From Bacteroidales bacterium (GTDB lineage: Bacteria > Bacteroidota > Bacteroidia > Bacteroidales > WCHB1-69), in assembly GCA_017540505.1 (NCBI GenBank), contig JAFYAW010000005.1, positions 2,197 through 66,196 on the forward strand: a stretch of 64,000 bases of DNA, given 5' to 3'. Made by a program: the position numbers and the translations under genes. The notes under the pieces are model-generated. The model was not told where the DNA came from, did not search any database, and was given only the letters and a program-made list of their open reading frames with translations. Below are positions 28,501-34,740 of the stretch, piece after piece; the stretch's first letter is position 1, and each line of letters starts with the position of its first letter.

Positions 28501-28528
28501 GTCCCCGGCGTTGTTTTATATTATACAT
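19562..28528 (-). CDS. Giant (2988 aa) multidomain surface protein with a T9SS type-B C-terminal domain
   Basis: The protein has a signal peptide. An FN3-like segment follows it. A PKD-like motif is present (WNFGDGTT...HTYAQPGTYTVTLV). One SprB-type repeat is recognisable (GGKPPYTYLWDD...GDYQVTITDSLG). There are about 20 repeats of roughly 65 aa ending in GCDSxVxLxLxI. Two proprotein-convertase P-domain-like segments are present. The C-terminus LPNAITP..GNNDYF...IFNRWGELVF...WDG...KGTITVL matches the TIGR04131 pattern. Confidence 0.85.
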   Translation of the reverse strand: MYNIKQRRGLRYGLTFLFALWLVASVFGQSPVDTIPVTGQKNIQGCTGFIVPTTDANGYCITNNNGSITINPPAGCGVHLEGSYIITDFTFNGVVEFKDHIYIYNGLSTSSPLLADATDAGYVNVTSTGPMTIKFTTNYLFQYNEFRLKYSCVAGCGCENDYPLTFSWNNDILTVEWIPTQSGASTGYTLEYGPDGFVPGTGTVVSGITEPRYNIAGLIPKNKYNFRLLYPCAVTSNPVTGSYTIPENIMCIDMRDLNRSNITCTYGGYGATGNPYEHIGIVASHHNVVPRQSFDPYTGGLLQMIPDGETYSVKLGNAKPAESESIAYTYTVDTTIGDIILLKYAAIMELPNHTLVNQPRFDLEILDQSGRIVDANCGQAQFISSQSLGWNEFHYRSASGIYNGTQPRYDDHDVLWKDWTNIGFNVSAYHGQTITIRLTNRDCGEGAHWGFAYFNLGCMKRKLTVEQCGDAVTNTFTAPAGFNYNWYYTDDPSTIIGTGQSITVPVDSTRMLACEVSDLEGNGCGFQLQGVLHPIVPESDFDIVRTPCSRHYTFHNNSIISNGTPTPYATECESAYWNFGDGTTSQAYNATHTYAQPGTYTVTLVSGMNLDACLDTLRKTLVVPVDTTDFRDTACVEYWWNGQRYDASGDYTQHIPRPGGLCDSVVTLYLIIYPEYEHFDTVSLCGSDLPYTYGDTAFLIESRTGDYPILFHSQNGCDSLIHLRLIVNPPYSTRDTMSVCPSQLAAGIPYGDSLLYRTGTVPVHFLSGQRCDSTVWLTLLPISDTYDTVRVDTCDLFTWMNGRTYTQSATDTVILTNADGCDSVVTLLLNIRHATAGIDSITACDSYRWIDDSTYTASTNAPTFTLTNAEGCDSVVTLHLTINPVYENTDTVTLCGSDLPYTYGDTLFPIETRTGDYRILFHSQLDCDSVIRLHLVVNPPYSTRDTVTVCQNRLGNGVPYGNSLLTVAGTTPVQFLSGQQCDSTVWVTLLLPAESYDTVRVDTCDLFTWTNGRTYTRSASDTMVLTNADGCDSIVTLQLHIRHATAGIDSVNACGSFTWIDDTTYTESTSIPTFTLTNSDGCDSVVTLHLTIHPEYHPNHILHICRADLPYTFSERLTIPVGANSSQYWFNDTTRMGCDSITVINVFIHENPHDIQNLTLPDSALPHYYRPLDTLFEAGSHSGNYLFHFISDSYPYCDSVVELHLTIELWAQTFGDINTQCNPDAQHPCNGWASVNVRGGKPPYTYLWDDPQHQTTDTAFNLCEGDYQVTITDSLGAVLVKPYHVGNYISDTSVVFDTIGTSQIPYQYHGYTFQQPVNNTFLTIQNSQGCDSLVLYSLYIRPNDTLRKSCTLCNDFPAECEGKVINHAGTTVDSILLANQSYLIRIFQVDTFLTPRSLIYDTACAPYIWNGHTYTESGVYRDTLVGSNNCDSIVTLRLTITDFPNPINNIQIPDICVGDTGIITIGHNPSNSIYYASEEDARISLSETTFLPDGQYCNNSCAYQSSIHFANFPATSVIRDVNDIRYVRLNLEHTWAGDLYIKITCPSFQSADILKFSRTSSNTGDSPCIQNIGAAHRGWQAAPNGQSNADKGTDFGIPNTSDHNPICDANQNPPGTGWNYCWSNNTNQGYQYGNTNSPNDDIIYREANVQRETIFGHTLSERFKASNIANGTHFYKPDQSFQSLVNCPLNGDWTITVIDGWKQDNGYLFSWELALTPELLNVSRHPIDSTILTGLWSDRRNDSTYWVTPPATITQDTTVQYLITVFSNYGCHFDTIVSIHYRAPKTTILHDTICRTDLPFVWEGHNITDTGYYRLTSMPHQAANGCDSTAILHLTVYDTTHSHITQQIGAQELPHPFNGVWFHQAVTDTIIILENQFGCDSLLHYTLQIFDNTSDTLDTTVCREALPLTWHNHLFTLTDTTATDTSVNANHSYHITHYHVHTFPVLESRFTHPMTDICAGHVDSLSIGTSSNSDIRIQYAGLPDSLPIIGGISMTGPWLSGVAGHYHIQPPSSLSADTNILYQLHVTDGHACEYDTAFFIHFTTSITLFQADTFCHEILPYIHLNDTIREPGTYTLTPELHPGIGGGCDTILHISVTILDSVNPVASLNIPSICAGDTAIITISYDANAEIQLFRPNHTIYFPEPIFLPDDLDCPIYGNIYRSPLIINSGRDNAQIRNANDIRFVRLKIEHSAIEDLRILLRCPSGDTAVMLPSRLYDGWPGQDPRGNNTPFQNIGRINMGVANRIMETTNCNPATNPIGIPWNYVWSNNTDQGYNYAGGTYGYLYEIPNIHFTPNPLWDNSYNQGNYSYKVDSSDVHAGTQFYHPKESFQQLVGCPVNGTWQIQVEDREIHDNGYLTEWELSLAPDLFAKTVYSIVQKQLTGPWIQPLSDSTFRVTPPITLPHDTTILYQLTTINERGCRYDTLIALHFKTPHRSDTIITQCDSLQWRNRIYTVSGTYIDTLVGTNGCDSTVYLHLTIQQSLRDTIRDTICIGNPYVRHGFNLLATETANTGTFTHTRRHGNAEGCDSIITLLLKVNDYPTLVTCGDTVILFGGSAALWVTGADSCKWLPSETLSSAFTLQTTATPSQSTLYRVIGYNWNCSSHDSVQVLINRDIDTSICPGALPIVWHGITFNDTLPKSTILFNPNGLDDAITMHLHYFQTQDTIVADTVVENLLPFFSNGFPFYQNTDTLFVLTDHNGCDSLVHYSLRVLWNSADTLTDETCWNELPFIWLDTALYESSTVVRKLQAADGTDSILVFQLTVLNSYDTTIISHLCEGDEYHTNGFNIYAQETMKADTLLRVRQMQTIEGCDSIIRLNVNITHAHPIITPLIGDFCYGASEILSVDDIYTDYLWSTGETTPSITVTSPGEYTVTVIKNNCSGTDHYLISPCVFSIYLPNAITPSLPDGNNDYFYLDERTKNLIDGERFNIRIFNRWGELVFYSNDKSFKWDGSYNGKIFYNNVYVYKITCYDKNGERHTLKGTITVL
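25256..26515 (-). repeat. Exact-period 2 x 630-bp tandem duplication inside the giant gene
   Basis: The anchor codons of IYPEY / INPVY / IHPEY sit at 26515, 25885 and 25255. The two 210-aa units are roughly three-quarters identical by eye. Confidence 0.85.
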
Positions 28529-28554
28529 TAATACAAATACCCAATTGTAGTGGG

Positions 28555-28562
28555 CAAATGTA
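28555..28562 (-). promoter_or_regulatory. -7 promoter box TACATTTG for the giant gene
   Basis: 27 nt upstream of the ATG at 28528. Confidence 0.45.
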
Positions 28563-28621
28563 TGATTTTCAATAAGAAGAAAAATGCGGAGATGCGAATT
28601 TTATGAAAGGGGAAATGTTAA

Positions 28622-30073
28622 TTAAATCTTGTAGGTTTTTACCTTGCTTTTCGGCTTGCTTTCCGTGTCGTTATACGGGTTTTCACGGGTTCGGGCCGGC
28701 TGGATTTCAAGCTGGTAATCTTGGGTGGTCAATGTTTTGTAACTGCCACTATCATAGTCATAATAGGTGTATTTTACCCCCGGAATCAGATAAGTACCCT
28801 CCATCCTCGGGATGATGGTGAAACGGAAGGTCTTGGTGCCCGTCACGATGTCGCCTTTGGCGGAGATGTGGCTGATGACTTTCGGATAGGTCACATCGCA
28901 GTCGGCAGGGAAGTCGATGTTGAAATCTTCATCGCTCACATGGTGCAGGTTGCCATTTCCCGACACTGTGACGGTGAAGGTGATGGGCTCGTTGGCGTAA
29001 GCTTCCGTCTTGCTGATGTTGGAGGTGATGTTGAAATTACCGACCACCTCCGTCTTGCCGTCATTGCGTGCGCCGGGAAGGGCTTTTACCTTCACTGTCA
29101 GCTCGTTGGAGGTGAGCTGCACGGTCTGTGTCTGGTAGGTCTGGAACATGCCCCAGAAGGGATCCCGGCTGGTGGCGGGCACACGGATTGCTAAAATGAC
29201 GTTCAATTTGGGGATGACGATCTTGCCGGTTTTGGTCGGATATACGGCCGTCTGCTTGATGGTGAACACCGTGTAGGTCTTGCCGTTCAGGGTCTCGGTG
29301 CTCTTTTCCTGCCGGTTCAGCTCCAACGGATCCATCCACACGTCGTTGCTGCTGCCAAAGGAGGCCCGCTCAATGCTATACCCGCTAATATCCTCTTTCA
29401 CATACAGTTTGTGAGTGACGACCACCGCTTCTCCCTGATAGGCTTCCAAAGTGGTGGTGGTGGCTTTCAGCATCATGTCCTCCTTGCCGATTTTGGCGGG
29501 TGCCTTGGAAGATTTGTCCGGTTGGCTCTTGGGCTGTTGCTCGTTGGGGAACTGAGGTCGCTGCCGGTTTTGGAAGGGCCATTCGAAAGAGAACGAGTCC
29601 ATGTCGGGCATCTGCATGTCCGGCCACTCGAAATGGAACCAGTTGTCGGCCTGCTGCTCCTCCTGCGGCTGGCTCTTGGGCGTTTTCACCACCCGAACCT
29701 CCACCATATTGCTGCGGCAGATGCGCCCGTTGATGGATAGGCTGACCCCCGGAATCGTGAAGCTGCCCTCCTTAGGGGCGGAAAGATAGTACGTGTAGGT
29801 GTAGGTGGTCTGCTGCTGCACGCTCCCGTTGTTGATGGAAATGGACGTGCTGGAGCCGACACTCGGGCCGCTCACGAACTCGAATTTGCCGAAATCCGTG
29901 GATACAACTTCCCCTCTACCTGTGCTGGAAATGGTGTATTTGAACTGCTGCCCAACCCCTACTTCGGCTGGTGCCTTGGCAAAACAGGAATCTTCCGTCT
30001 GGGCTTGCAGCTGCATCGCCCAGCAAAAAATCATTGCAGTGAAAATCGTCTTAACCAACGTTTTTATATACAT
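28622..30073 (-). CDS. BatD-like secreted protein
   Basis: Signal peptide plus an N-terminal pattern (VGVGQQFKYTISS...FEFVSGPS...SISINNG...YTYYLSAPKEGSFTIPGVSLSINGR...SNMVEVRV) recalled from the BatD family. No other bat genes are adjacent. Confidence 0.5.
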   Translation of the reverse strand: MYIKTLVKTIFTAMIFCWAMQLQAQTEDSCFAKAPAEVGVGQQFKYTISSTGRGEVVSTDFGKFEFVSGPSVGSSTSISINNGSVQQQTTYTYTYYLSAPKEGSFTIPGVSLSINGRICRSNMVEVRVVKTPKSQPQEEQQADNWFHFEWPDMQMPDMDSFSFEWPFQNRQRPQFPNEQQPKSQPDKSSKAPAKIGKEDMMLKATTTTLEAYQGEAVVVTHKLYVKEDISGYSIERASFGSSNDVWMDPLELNRQEKSTETLNGKTYTVFTIKQTAVYPTKTGKIVIPKLNVILAIRVPATSRDPFWGMFQTYQTQTVQLTSNELTVKVKALPGARNDGKTEVVGNFNITSNISKTEAYANEPITFTVTVSGNGNLHHVSDEDFNIDFPADCDVTYPKVISHISAKGDIVTGTKTFRFTIIPRMEGTYLIPGVKYTYYDYDSGSYKTLTTQDYQLEIQPARTRENPYNDTESKPKSKVKTYKI

Positions 30074-30230
30074 ACTGATCCTCCTTTTTAATGCGTCCGT
30101 ATTAACGATTCAGCACGCGTTTTATTGCATGAAATGCGAAATGATTGTTGTTCGTATATGGCATTTGAAATTGCGAATACAATGAACGATTAATTTTAAT
30201 GATGGTTGCCCCAATTGTTTGCCCTAATCG

Positions 30231-30310
30231 TTGGGCCGCCAAATCATGACGGATTGTTGGGCCGCCAAATCATGACGGATTGTAGAGCCGCCATACTATG
30301 ACGGCTCTAC
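30231..30310 (+). repeat. REP/BIME-like array: two identical 26-nt degenerate units plus one full GTAG-headed hairpin
   Basis: TTGGGCCGCCAAATCATGACGGATTG occurs twice (30231-30282), followed by GTAGAGCCGCCATACTATGACGGCTCTAC (30282-30310; 9-bp outer stem). Confidence 0.85.
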
Positions 30311-30388
30311 GGAATCCGATTCGCGAATAATATTTTATTGTTAACAATAATTTAAATATAAAAATCGTTATAAATAAAAAACAATAAT

Positions 30389-30946
30389 ATGTCGGATGAT
30401 AAATTTCAAAACAAATATCGAATTAAATCTGTGCGCGCAGCATGGCATGATTATAATGGGGGTGGGTATTTTGTGACAATATGCACACGTAATCGTGAAC
30501 ACTATTTTGGTGAGATTTCGGGAGGTGTTATGCATTTAACCCCAATAGGCAGATTTGCAAATGATTGTTTGATGAAAATGGAAATATTACATAATGATGT
30601 GCAAATTCCGATTTGGCAAATAATGCCGGATCACATTCATGCAATTGTTATAATCGAAAACGTAGAGCCGCCATATTATGTCGGCTCTACGACAAATCAA
30701 TTGAATGTTAGAAAATCCGTTACAATTAAAAATGCATATATGCAGTATGTTGCCAATAAATGCGGACGATTATCACATGTTATATCCAGAATGAAAACGG
30801 CAATATCCAAATATGCCCATCAAAACGGCCTGCCTTTCGGTTGGCAGTCGCGGTTTTATGACCGGATAATCCGCAACGGTAAGGAAATGAATAGAATAGC
30901 CACTTACATTGAACAGAATGTGGCAAAATGGGAGAGTGAAAGGTGA
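30389..30946 (+). CDS. REP-associated tyrosine transposase (RAYT; IS200/IS605-like Y1 HUH enzyme)
   Basis: HUH motif MPDHIHAIV and a catalytic-Tyr region GWQSRFYDRIIRN; 185 aa. AT-rich. REP hairpins lie upstream and inside the ORF. Confidence 0.75.
   Translation: MSDDKFQNKYRIKSVRAAWHDYNGGGYFVTICTRNREHYFGEISGGVMHLTPIGRFANDCLMKMEILHNDVQIPIWQIMPDHIHAIVIIENVEPPYYVGSTTNQLNVRKSVTIKNAYMQYVANKCGRLSHVISRMKTAISKYAHQNGLPFGWQSRFYDRIIRNGKEMNRIATYIEQNVAKWESER
30662..30690 (+). repeat. REP hairpin inside the RAYT ORF
   Basis: GTAGAGCCGCCATATTATGTCGGCTCTAC differs at 2 positions from the upstream hairpin. It encodes VEPPYYVGST between the HUH and Tyr motifs. Confidence 0.9.
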
Positions 30947-31004
30947 TACCTTGACAGGTTTACAGGTGTAAAACTTGGTCGTTAATAGAAGAATTCATCG
31001 GATT

Positions 31005-31751
31005 TTACCGCAGGTTGAATCCGAACACATCGCCGGGTTTCTTCGCGCCGGGTTCCTGGCCGTACCGCAGGATGATCATTTCCCGCGTGCCACGCAGCGT
31101 GATGCGCTCGTTCTCCACCCACAGGGCCGTGCCCTCGCGCAGACCGGCCACCGTCATCTGCTGGTTGACAGCCAAGTATTCGTTCAGTCGCACTTGGCGC
31201 GTTTCCCCACCATGACGGATGGTGTCGTTGATGTCTTGCGGGTACGGGTCGATGTAGTGTGGGTTGATCTGGAACGGCACCAGATCCAGGCACTTGAAGC
31301 TCTCGGGCATCACAATGGGCATGTCGTTGGTGGTGCACAGGGTGGGGCAGGCCACGTTGCTGCCGGCACTCCATCCGATGTAGGGCGTGCCCTCCATCAC
31401 CTTGCGGCGGATGGGCTCAATCAGCTTGTTGCGGTGCATCTCGGCCACCAAGTGGAATGTGTTGCCACCGCCCACCATGATGATGTCGGCCTTGTTGATG
31501 ACATCTATGGGGTCGTCGCTGGCATGGACAGACAGGATTTTCTTCCCGAAGTTGTCGAACACCTTTTGCACACGGTCCGTGTAGGCGTCATAGCTGGCAG
31601 GATACACCTTGCCGCCCACGTCCACGCCGGCGTAGGGCAGGAAGGCGATGTTTTTCGCGGTTCCCTCTAAAAATTCTGCGATGAGCGGCTGGCACCATCC
31701 TAAATAAGGTTCTTTGTAATTGGTTGAATTGCTGATTAATAAAAGTTTCAT
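31005..31751 (-). CDS. pepE: Dipeptidase E (peptidase S51)
   Basis: MKLLLISNST..., VGGGNTF, YIGWSAGSNVACPT..TTNDMPIV and FQINPH closely parallel E. coli PepE. Confidence 0.8.
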   Translation of the reverse strand: MKLLLISNSTNYKEPYLGWCQPLIAEFLEGTAKNIAFLPYAGVDVGGKVYPASYDAYTDRVQKVFDNFGKKILSVHASDDPIDVINKADIIMVGGGNTFHLVAEMHRNKLIEPIRRKVMEGTPYIGWSAGSNVACPTLCTTNDMPIVMPESFKCLDLVPFQINPHYIDPYPQDINDTIRHGGETRQVRLNEYLAVNQQMTVAGLREGTALWVENERITLRGTREMIILRYGQEPGAKKPGDVFGFNLR

Positions 31752-31799
31752 AACGGATTATTTTTAATGATAATAATATTCGGATTAAAAATTTGGAGG

Positions 31800-32675
31800 T
31801 CAGTCTTCCAGCTGTTTCAGCTTGTCCACCACGTAGGCACGGTCCTCCTGATAGGTCACCCCGAACCATTCAGCGTTGCTGTGCAGCACTTTGATTTTCG
31901 CCTTGCCCGTGGCCATCAGGTGGGTGATGACATCCGGAATGGGGAACTCGGCGGTGATGTTCTGCTCGTTCTTGCGGAGGAAATCCTCGAAAAGGGCGTT
32001 CAGCCCGTCGAAGAAATCCGGCGTGAAGCCCCAGAAATTCATCGATACGGGCTCGCTGCCGTCATAGCGCGCCATCAGCCCCTCCTCGATATTCTCGATG
32101 CCGTTGTCGGTGTAGCCCACCTTGTGGTTTTCCACGATGGAGACGAGGTGGTTGTCCTGGTCCGTCTGGCACACGCCCCTCGACACGGTCCCGTGCTTGG
32201 AAAGGGTTTTGTCCAATCGGTAGCCCACCATGGCGTAGGTGGCGGGCTTTGTGTCAGGCACATGCGTGAGGAAGTCGGCCATCACCTGGAAGGCGTCGCG
32301 CCCGTAGAAATCGTCGGCGTTGATGACCGTGAAGGGCTCGCGGATAGCGTCTTTGGCCACTAAGATGGCGTGGGCCGTCCCGTAGGGCTTTTTGCGCTCC
32401 GGATTGACGCTGAATCCCGCTGGCAGCATATCCAACTCCTGGAAGACATAGCGCACGGGGATTTTGTCGGCATAGCGGGGCAGGATGAGCTTGGCGAAAT
32501 CCTCCTCCATGCTGCGCCGGATGACGAAGACCACGCCGCCGTAGCCGCTCTCCACCGCATATCGGACTGAATAGTCCATGATGGTTTCACCATTGGGCCC
32601 CATTGGGTCTAATTGCTTCAATCCGCCGTAACGACTGCCCATGCCGGCCGCCAAAATGAGTAATGTAGGTTTCAT
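31800..32675 (-). CDS. Sugar-phosphate nucleotidyltransferase family protein
   Basis: N-terminal LILAAGMGSRYGGLKQ (GxGxR loop); 291 aa. Confidence 0.65.
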   Translation of the reverse strand: MKPTLLILAAGMGSRYGGLKQLDPMGPNGETIMDYSVRYAVESGYGGVVFVIRRSMEEDFAKLILPRYADKIPVRYVFQELDMLPAGFSVNPERKKPYGTAHAILVAKDAIREPFTVINADDFYGRDAFQVMADFLTHVPDTKPATYAMVGYRLDKTLSKHGTVSRGVCQTDQDNHLVSIVENHKVGYTDNGIENIEEGLMARYDGSEPVSMNFWGFTPDFFDGLNALFEDFLRKNEQNITAEFPIPDVITHLMATGKAKIKVLHSNAEWFGVTYQEDRAYVVDKLKQLED

Positions 32676-32702
32676 AAGTTTCTTAATTTAATAATCTTAA
32701 AT

Positions 32703-32737
32703 CTACTATTCACTAATCACTATTCACTATTTACTGT
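32703..32737. repeat. Heptamer array (TCACTAW family, reverse complement of GTGAWTA)
   Basis: CTACTATTCACTAATCACTATTCACTATTTACTGT read directly from the sequence; it abuts the stop codon at 32737. Confidence 0.8.
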
Positions 32738-34038
32738 CATGGTGACATATTAAAATACTCCTCCAACATATTGTCTTCCAACTGCTCTAAGGATTTGTTT
32801 ATGTAGTGTTTGACCAAAGCCTTGTCGGGGCGTGTGTTGCAGAGACGTCGCATCGCCTCATTCACCTCGCGGATGGTACCCACGCACTCGAAGGGCTTGG
32901 TCTTTGACATTCCATCCAACTCATCCAAAGTAGGGGCCAGTTCCGCGTTGTCGAGCAGGTCCTCCCCGAAGATGCGGACCATGGTGCTGTCGTCGATGAA
33001 CGGCGACAGGATGACGTAGGCGAAGAGGCACTTGGGACAATGGCAGCACCATTTGTCCTCCTTGCTCCCCACATTGCAGCTCTTAAATACGGGAAAATAT
33101 TGCGGGTGCTGTGCGAAACGTTCCGCAATCTGCAGTTCGGTGAGTTTGCGCAGATGGCTGTAGTAGTGGTTGCAGCCATTCATGAAATGGTCCACGTAGT
33201 CGCGGAAATCCAGCTCGAATTCCAACGATTTGGAATACTGATGGTTGATTTGGGTGCCGGGGATGGTGGGTTCGTTGGCGCTCGACTCGTTCGACAGGGC
33301 CACGTCGCGGATGCCCGTGACGGCGCTCAGCAGGGTGGTGTAGAAGGCTAACATGGCGGAGAAAGGCGTGTGCCCGTTGAGGTAGCCTTCTTTGTTGAGC
33401 TGGATCAGACGCGGGTCTATCTCGCGCTGCAGGATAAGCATATCTTTATTGTCGGGGAATCCCGCCACACGGGCACATTCGATGGTCGCTCCGCGCGGGT
33501 TGATGATGAACGGGACCACCTCGCGGCTGGTCCGCAGCTCCTCCAACGTGACGACGGAGTCCTTGCCGCCCCCAATTGGCACGATGACGCGGTTGTCTGG
33601 CTCCACGTGCGGATACGCGGATGCGGGAATCTCGGTGGCCTCCTCGGCAAACTCGAAGTCGAAGAAATCGGTTGGGGTGGTGTGCAGGTTATTGGTGTAG
33701 CGGAACTCGCCCAAGCCCAGCCAGAAGAGCTTGCGCCACCACTCCTGCTGGTCGGCGCTCAGCTGGTGCGGCAGGATGCGGACCACGGGACTGCAGGTGC
33801 ATTTCCAATAGCTGATGAGCTCAATCATCCCGATGTGGAAGATGATGCCCTCCAACGTCTTAAGGTTGGCGGGATATCGTGCGTTCCGACCTGCCGAGAG
33901 CGTCATGGTGGGGTCGAAACGGATGGCATCGCCAATCCGGTAGTGGAATTGGATGCGCAGGCCTTCACCCTCAAGCGAATAGTCGTACCCTTCGTAGGTG
34001 AATACGGGATGTTGTGCACGGAGTTCGTCAAAGGTCAT
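32737..34038 (-). CDS. Uncharacterised PP-loop (adenine-nucleotide alpha-hydrolase-like) protein with a C-terminal Cys cluster
   Basis: VIVPIGGGKDSVVTLEEL is an SGGxDS-like PP-loop, and a KSCNVGSKEDKWCCHCPKC cluster is present. The ATG at 34038 is preferred over the TTG at 34062, which overlaps the -7 box. Confidence 0.5.
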   Translation of the reverse strand: MTFDELRAQHPVFTYEGYDYSLEGEGLRIQFHYRIGDAIRFDPTMTLSAGRNARYPANLKTLEGIIFHIGMIELISYWKCTCSPVVRILPHQLSADQQEWWRKLFWLGLGEFRYTNNLHTTPTDFFDFEFAEEATEIPASAYPHVEPDNRVIVPIGGGKDSVVTLEELRTSREVVPFIINPRGATIECARVAGFPDNKDMLILQREIDPRLIQLNKEGYLNGHTPFSAMLAFYTTLLSAVTGIRDVALSNESSANEPTIPGTQINHQYSKSLEFELDFRDYVDHFMNGCNHYYSHLRKLTELQIAERFAQHPQYFPVFKSCNVGSKEDKWCCHCPKCLFAYVILSPFIDDSTMVRIFGEDLLDNAELAPTLDELDGMSKTKPFECVGTIREVNEAMRRLCNTRPDKALVKHYINKSLEQLEDNMLEEYFNMSP

Positions 34039-34059
34039 ACGGTTTGGTTTTAGAAGCCG

Positions 34060-34067
34060 CAAAAATA
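34060..34067 (-). promoter_or_regulatory. -7 promoter box TATTTTTG
   Basis: 21 nt upstream of the ATG at 34038. Confidence 0.45.
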
Positions 34068-34152
34068 GGAATTTTTATTTGAATGACAGTTGCCTTACTG
34101 CTGACCACTGCATCCTTTTTTTCCGTATTTTCGCCGCCGAATTCCGAAACCT

Positions 34153-34740
34153 ATGCGAATCGAACCCTCCTTTTTTCTCCAATCGGATGTTCTGACTGTT
34201 GCTCGCAACCTGTTGGGCAAGTCCGTGTTCACCTTCAAGGATGGGCAACTAACGGGTGGGATTATAGTGGAAGTGGAAGCCTATAAGGGCGTTTCCGACA
34301 AAGCATCGCATGCATTTGGGGGCCGGCGTACGCGACGCAATGAGATGATGTACCATGCGGGCGGGGTGATTTACATGTATCTGTGCTATGGCATCCATTC
34401 TATGTTGAATATTGTCACCAATGTGGAAGATGTTCCCGACGCGATCCTTATCCGTGGCATTGTGCCTACACATGGGGAGGAACTGATGCTCCGCCGGACC
34501 AGCAAAGCACAGATAACCAAGGATATCGGCATTGGCCCGGGCAAGGTAAGCAAACTGTTAGGCCTTACCGTGGCCGACAACGGGTTGTCTTTGTCTTCGG
34601 ATGCCGTTTGGATAGAGGATAGGGGATTGGTGGTGCCGGATGGGCGGATACATGCCACTCCGCGCATCGGGGTGGACTACGCCGGAGAGGATGCCCTGCT
34701 GCCGTATCGTTTTTGTATGGATTTGTCAGACTATAAATAA
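34153..34740 (+). CDS. mpg: DNA-3-methyladenine glycosylase (Mpg/AAG family)
   Basis: VARNLLGK..., GGIIVEVEAY and ASHAFGGRRTRRNEMMYHAGG..YMYLCYGIH are typical of PF02245. Confidence 0.8.
   Translation: MRIEPSFFLQSDVLTVARNLLGKSVFTFKDGQLTGGIIVEVEAYKGVSDKASHAFGGRRTRRNEMMYHAGGVIYMYLCYGIHSMLNIVTNVEDVPDAILIRGIVPTHGEELMLRRTSKAQITKDIGIGPGKVSKLLGLTVADNGLSLSSDAVWIEDRGLVVPDGRIHATPRIGVDYAGEDALLPYRFCMDLSDYK

Noticed and set aside
19562-28528. The repeats in the giant gene considered as a diversity-generating retroelement target/template pair or a phase-variable shufflon
   Set aside because: No reverse transcriptase, recombinase or invertase gene is nearby. The repeats are in-frame protein modules with ordinary divergence rather than adenine-biased mismatches.
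30074-30095. An AGGAGG Shine-Dalgarno-like sequence 7 nt upstream of the BatD-like ATG, which is unusual for Bacteroidota
   Set aside because: It is a single occurrence, and a chance match cannot be excluded. It is noted only as a curiosity.
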